Assembly (NCBI GenBank): GCA_048938105.1
Contig: JBHLMN010000030.1
Location: forward strand, 1 to 49,867
Reading direction: 5' to 3'
Length of the DNA stretch: 49,867 nt
Source of the DNA: Promethearchaeota archaeon
GTDB lineage: Archaea > Asgardarchaeota > Heimdallarchaeia > Hodarchaeales > Hodarchaeaceae
Positions within the stretch are counted from its first letter, which is position 1, and every line of letters starts with the position of its first letter. The translations under genes and the position numbers were made by a program. Positions 47,387 through 49,867 of this stretch are shown in pieces. The notes below the pieces were generated by a model. It saw only the letters and a list, made by a program, of their open reading frames with translations. It did no database searches and was not told the DNA's origin.

Positions 47387-49867
47387 TTGAAAAAAAAAGG
47401 AACTCAGCTTATTCTACCCTTAATCTTATTATTATTGGTCATAATCCCCTTTCAAAAACATGAGAATACACTTAATAATCCGCAACCAGGTACCAGAGAA
47501 CCTATGAAGGAGAGAACGCCAGGTGAGAGAAGATCTGAACGAGTAGAGCCCCAACTGTCTATTAATAAAAACACTGAACACCAAAAGTACAATCGAATCA
47601 CCATTCTTAATGACAGTGCCTTCGGCCCTATTGGTTACAACTTTCCTGGTACTGGAACTGCTAATGATCCGTACCTGATTGAAGGATACAACATCACAGA
47701 TTCTTCGGGAACATTAATCCACATTGAGAATACTATAGTCTGTTTCATCATACAAGACTGCATCTTGGACGGGATCAGTAAAGCTCATAAAGGTATTTAT
47801 TTACATAATGTCACACAAGGAACCATTTTCAATAATGTCCTGAGGAATAATTATCAGAGTTGTTACTTATATGATTCCGACTACAACAATACTATTGAGA
47901 ACAATTGGATAAGTAACACTGCCGATGTTGCTATTGGTCTCTCTAATTCAAGAAACAATGGTGTTTTTGATAATGAAATCCAAAATAGTCATCGTGGGAT
48001 TTATGTAGCTCCTTATTCACCATACTCCCAAATTTTTCGTAATACTATTACAGATGTCCTTTCTGATGGAGTCTATATTGGGTCGGATAGCTCTCATAGT
48101 GATGTAATAAACAACACACTCTCTAATATAGGGGGAAATGGGGTAGTTTTATCATGGTGGACTAGAAACCATGAAATCAGAGGAAATCTCATCTCAAACA
48201 CTTCTGGGGCAGGTATTGTGCTATCAAGTACCAATTATGGGGGTGGGGCTATCATATCAAATAATAATATTCTGAATAGCAAACATCAGGGGATCCTATT
48301 TGCTGGCAGTAATAGCGGTGTTCCCATCACTCGCAATACGATTGTCAATTGTGCAGGCTATGGGATCCAATTTAACACTAGTTCCGATAATAACGAGGTA
48401 ACCTGGAACACCTTCCTCCATAACAATGGGGGTGGTACTCAAGCTTATGACAATGGGACAAATAATGTCTTCGAGTATAATCACTGGAATGATCATGTTG
48501 GACCTGACACGGACACGGATGGCTTTGTCGACTCTGGATATTCTATTGTTAATGGGAACACTGACCTCCATCCCCGTGTTGCCCCCATCTGGATCAATGA
48601 TAACAGTGATTTCATGGATTTCGCTCTATCAGGTAATGGCACAGAAGATAATCCCTACAAGATCAAAGGGCATCACTTCATAAGTAATAAAAGTGTGTTA
48701 ATCGCAATTTACAATACTACTGCCTATTTTGTGATTGAAAACTGCCACTTAGATGGAATCAATGAGGTTCATACAGGCATTTTCTTGTACAATGTCACAT
48801 CGGGGACAATGTCACATAACATCTTAAGTAATAATGTACAATGTTGTTACCTATATCGTTCCCACTATAACATTATTGAGAATAATTGGTTGAGTAACAC
48901 CTCCAGTACCTCTATTGTTCTCACCTATTCAGGACACAATGGAATATTCGATAATGAAATCCACAATAGTGGAGGGCATGGGATTGATGTTAGTCCTTAT
49001 TCAGGTTCCAACCAAATTTTTCGCAATACCATTATAGATATCGCCTTGAATGGAGTCCATTTTAAGTCGGATAGCTCGCATGGTGATGCAATAAACAACA
49101 CTCTGTCTAATATAGAGGGGTATGGTGTGAATGTAGAATGGAACACAATACACCATGAAATCATAGGAAATCTCATTTCAAACACTTCTCTGGCAGGTAT
49201 TAGGCTAGCAAGTACTGGAGCGGCTGGAGGATATCGGCACGGGGCTACTATCTCAAATAATACGATCTTAAACAGTAAACAACAAGGGATTCAGTTAATA
49301 GGAGAAAATTATGATGTTCCCATCACTCGGAATACGATCTTCAATTGTACAGGTTATGGCTTAGAAATTAATACTAATAGCGATGATAACGAAGTGAAAT
49401 GGAACAACTTCTTCCATAATAATGGCGGGGGGACGCAAGCATTTGATAACGGGACAAATAATGTCTTCGAATACAACCACTGGAATGATTATGTTGGCCC
49501 TGACGTGGATACTGATGGCTTTGTAGATTCAAATTATCAAATCAATGGTGGATTAGGGGCATTAAAGTTCACTGGTTCTGATGTCACTTATTTTTATTTA
49601 TTTGATCCAATCACTTTTGCTTCCGATGCTATCACAGTGGAATTGTGGATGAAGTGGTCTGGCTGGTCTTTTTTTGCTTGGAATAGTTCTAATTTGATCT
49701 CTTATTATACGGATGGTCAACATTATGCTTTCTTAATGGGATATAATGATTCTGCTGATGAATTTATGATATATGTTGCAGATGGTGCCCTAAGTACTGG
49801 CTGTTCACTCAGTGAGAATACATGGACTCATTTAGTAGTTACTTGGCGTAGTTCCGATGGGGAAACA
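47387..49867 (+). CDS. Surface protein: signal peptide, two tandem beta-helix domains, LamG/pentraxin-like domain; 3' end lies outside the window
   Basis: Manual translation: TTG 47387 gives MKKKGTQLILPLILLLLVII, open for 827 codons to the window end. FPGTGTANDPYLI and SGNGTEDNPYKI caps; YNHWND..GPD.DTDGFVD twice; then ALKFTG...ITVELWMKW...WTHLVVTWRSSDG. Confidence 0.9.
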   Translation, partial: MKKKGTQLILPLILLLLVIIPFQKHENTLNNPQPGTREPMKERTPGERRSERVEPQLSINKNTEHQKYNRITILNDSAFGPIGYNFPGTGTANDPYLIEGYNITDSSGTLIHIENTIVCFIIQDCILDGISKAHKGIYLHNVTQGTIFNNVLRNNYQSCYLYDSDYNNTIENNWISNTADVAIGLSNSRNNGVFDNEIQNSHRGIYVAPYSPYSQIFRNTITDVLSDGVYIGSDSSHSDVINNTLSNIGGNGVVLSWWTRNHEIRGNLISNTSGAGIVLSSTNYGGGAIISNNNILNSKHQGILFAGSNSGVPITRNTIVNCAGYGIQFNTSSDNNEVTWNTFLHNNGGGTQAYDNGTNNVFEYNHWNDHVGPDTDTDGFVDSGYSIVNGNTDLHPRVAPIWINDNSDFMDFALSGNGTEDNPYKIKGHHFISNKSVLIAIYNTTAYFVIENCHLDGINEVHTGIFLYNVTSGTMSHNILSNNVQCCYLYRSHYNIIENNWLSNTSSTSIVLTYSGHNGIFDNEIHNSGGHGIDVSPYSGSNQIFRNTIIDIALNGVHFKSDSSHGDAINNTLSNIEGYGVNVEWNTIHHEIIGNLISNTSLAGIRLASTGAAGGYRHGATISNNTILNSKQQGIQLIGENYDVPITRNTIFNCTGYGLEINTNSDDNEVKWNNFFHNNGGGTQAFDNGTNNVFEYNHWNDYVGPDVDTDGFVDSNYQINGGLGALKFTGSDVTYFYLFDPITFASDAITVELWMKWSGWSFFAWNSSNLISYYTDGQHYAFLMGYNDSADEFMIYVADGALSTGCSLSENTWTHLVVTWRSSDGET
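47596..49550 (+). repeat. Intragenic duplication of ~0.98 kb (two beta-helix domains)
   Basis: Matching motifs offset by roughly 1 kb, e.g. GATAATGAAATC near 47970/48950 and GGGACAAATAATGTCTTCGA near 48454/49451. Confidence 0.85.

Overview
AT-rich archaeal DNA with GGTGA/GGAGG ribosome-binding sites. It is most likely an Asgard archaeon (Heimdallarchaeia/Hodarchaeales-like), inferred from longin-domain proteins, a TAT-less reductive dehalogenase, a thiolase-DUF35 pair, herA-nurA and many single-pass surface proteins. About 35 CDS; no rRNA, tRNA, CRISPR array or transposase seen. Two large genes missing from the supplied ORF track run off the window edges: a seven-repeat FG-GAP beta-propeller surface protein (<1..2089, minus) and a double beta-helix plus LamG surface protein (47387..>49867, plus). 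Best leads: (1) a MinD/ParA ATPase followed by two longin-wHTH paralogs that both appear to start at a conserved ACG codon; (2) two convergent glutamine-synthetase-family genes sharing a perfect, in-frame 32-bp inverted repeat, so an inversion could swap their C-terminal halves; (3) a nurA-herA-mre11-rad50-Hrq1/MrfA operon whose Rad50 has no zinc hook; (4) a membrane-anchored subtilase resembling eukaryotic site-1 protease; (5) modular surface proteins sharing Ig-like stalks and a GSFP-TM-basic C-terminal signal, one of them frameshifted; (6) a thiolase lacking both catalytic cysteines; (7) two degenerate Mrr-like proteins behind a triple 14-bp repeat. All family assignments come from motif recognition by eye, not from database searches.
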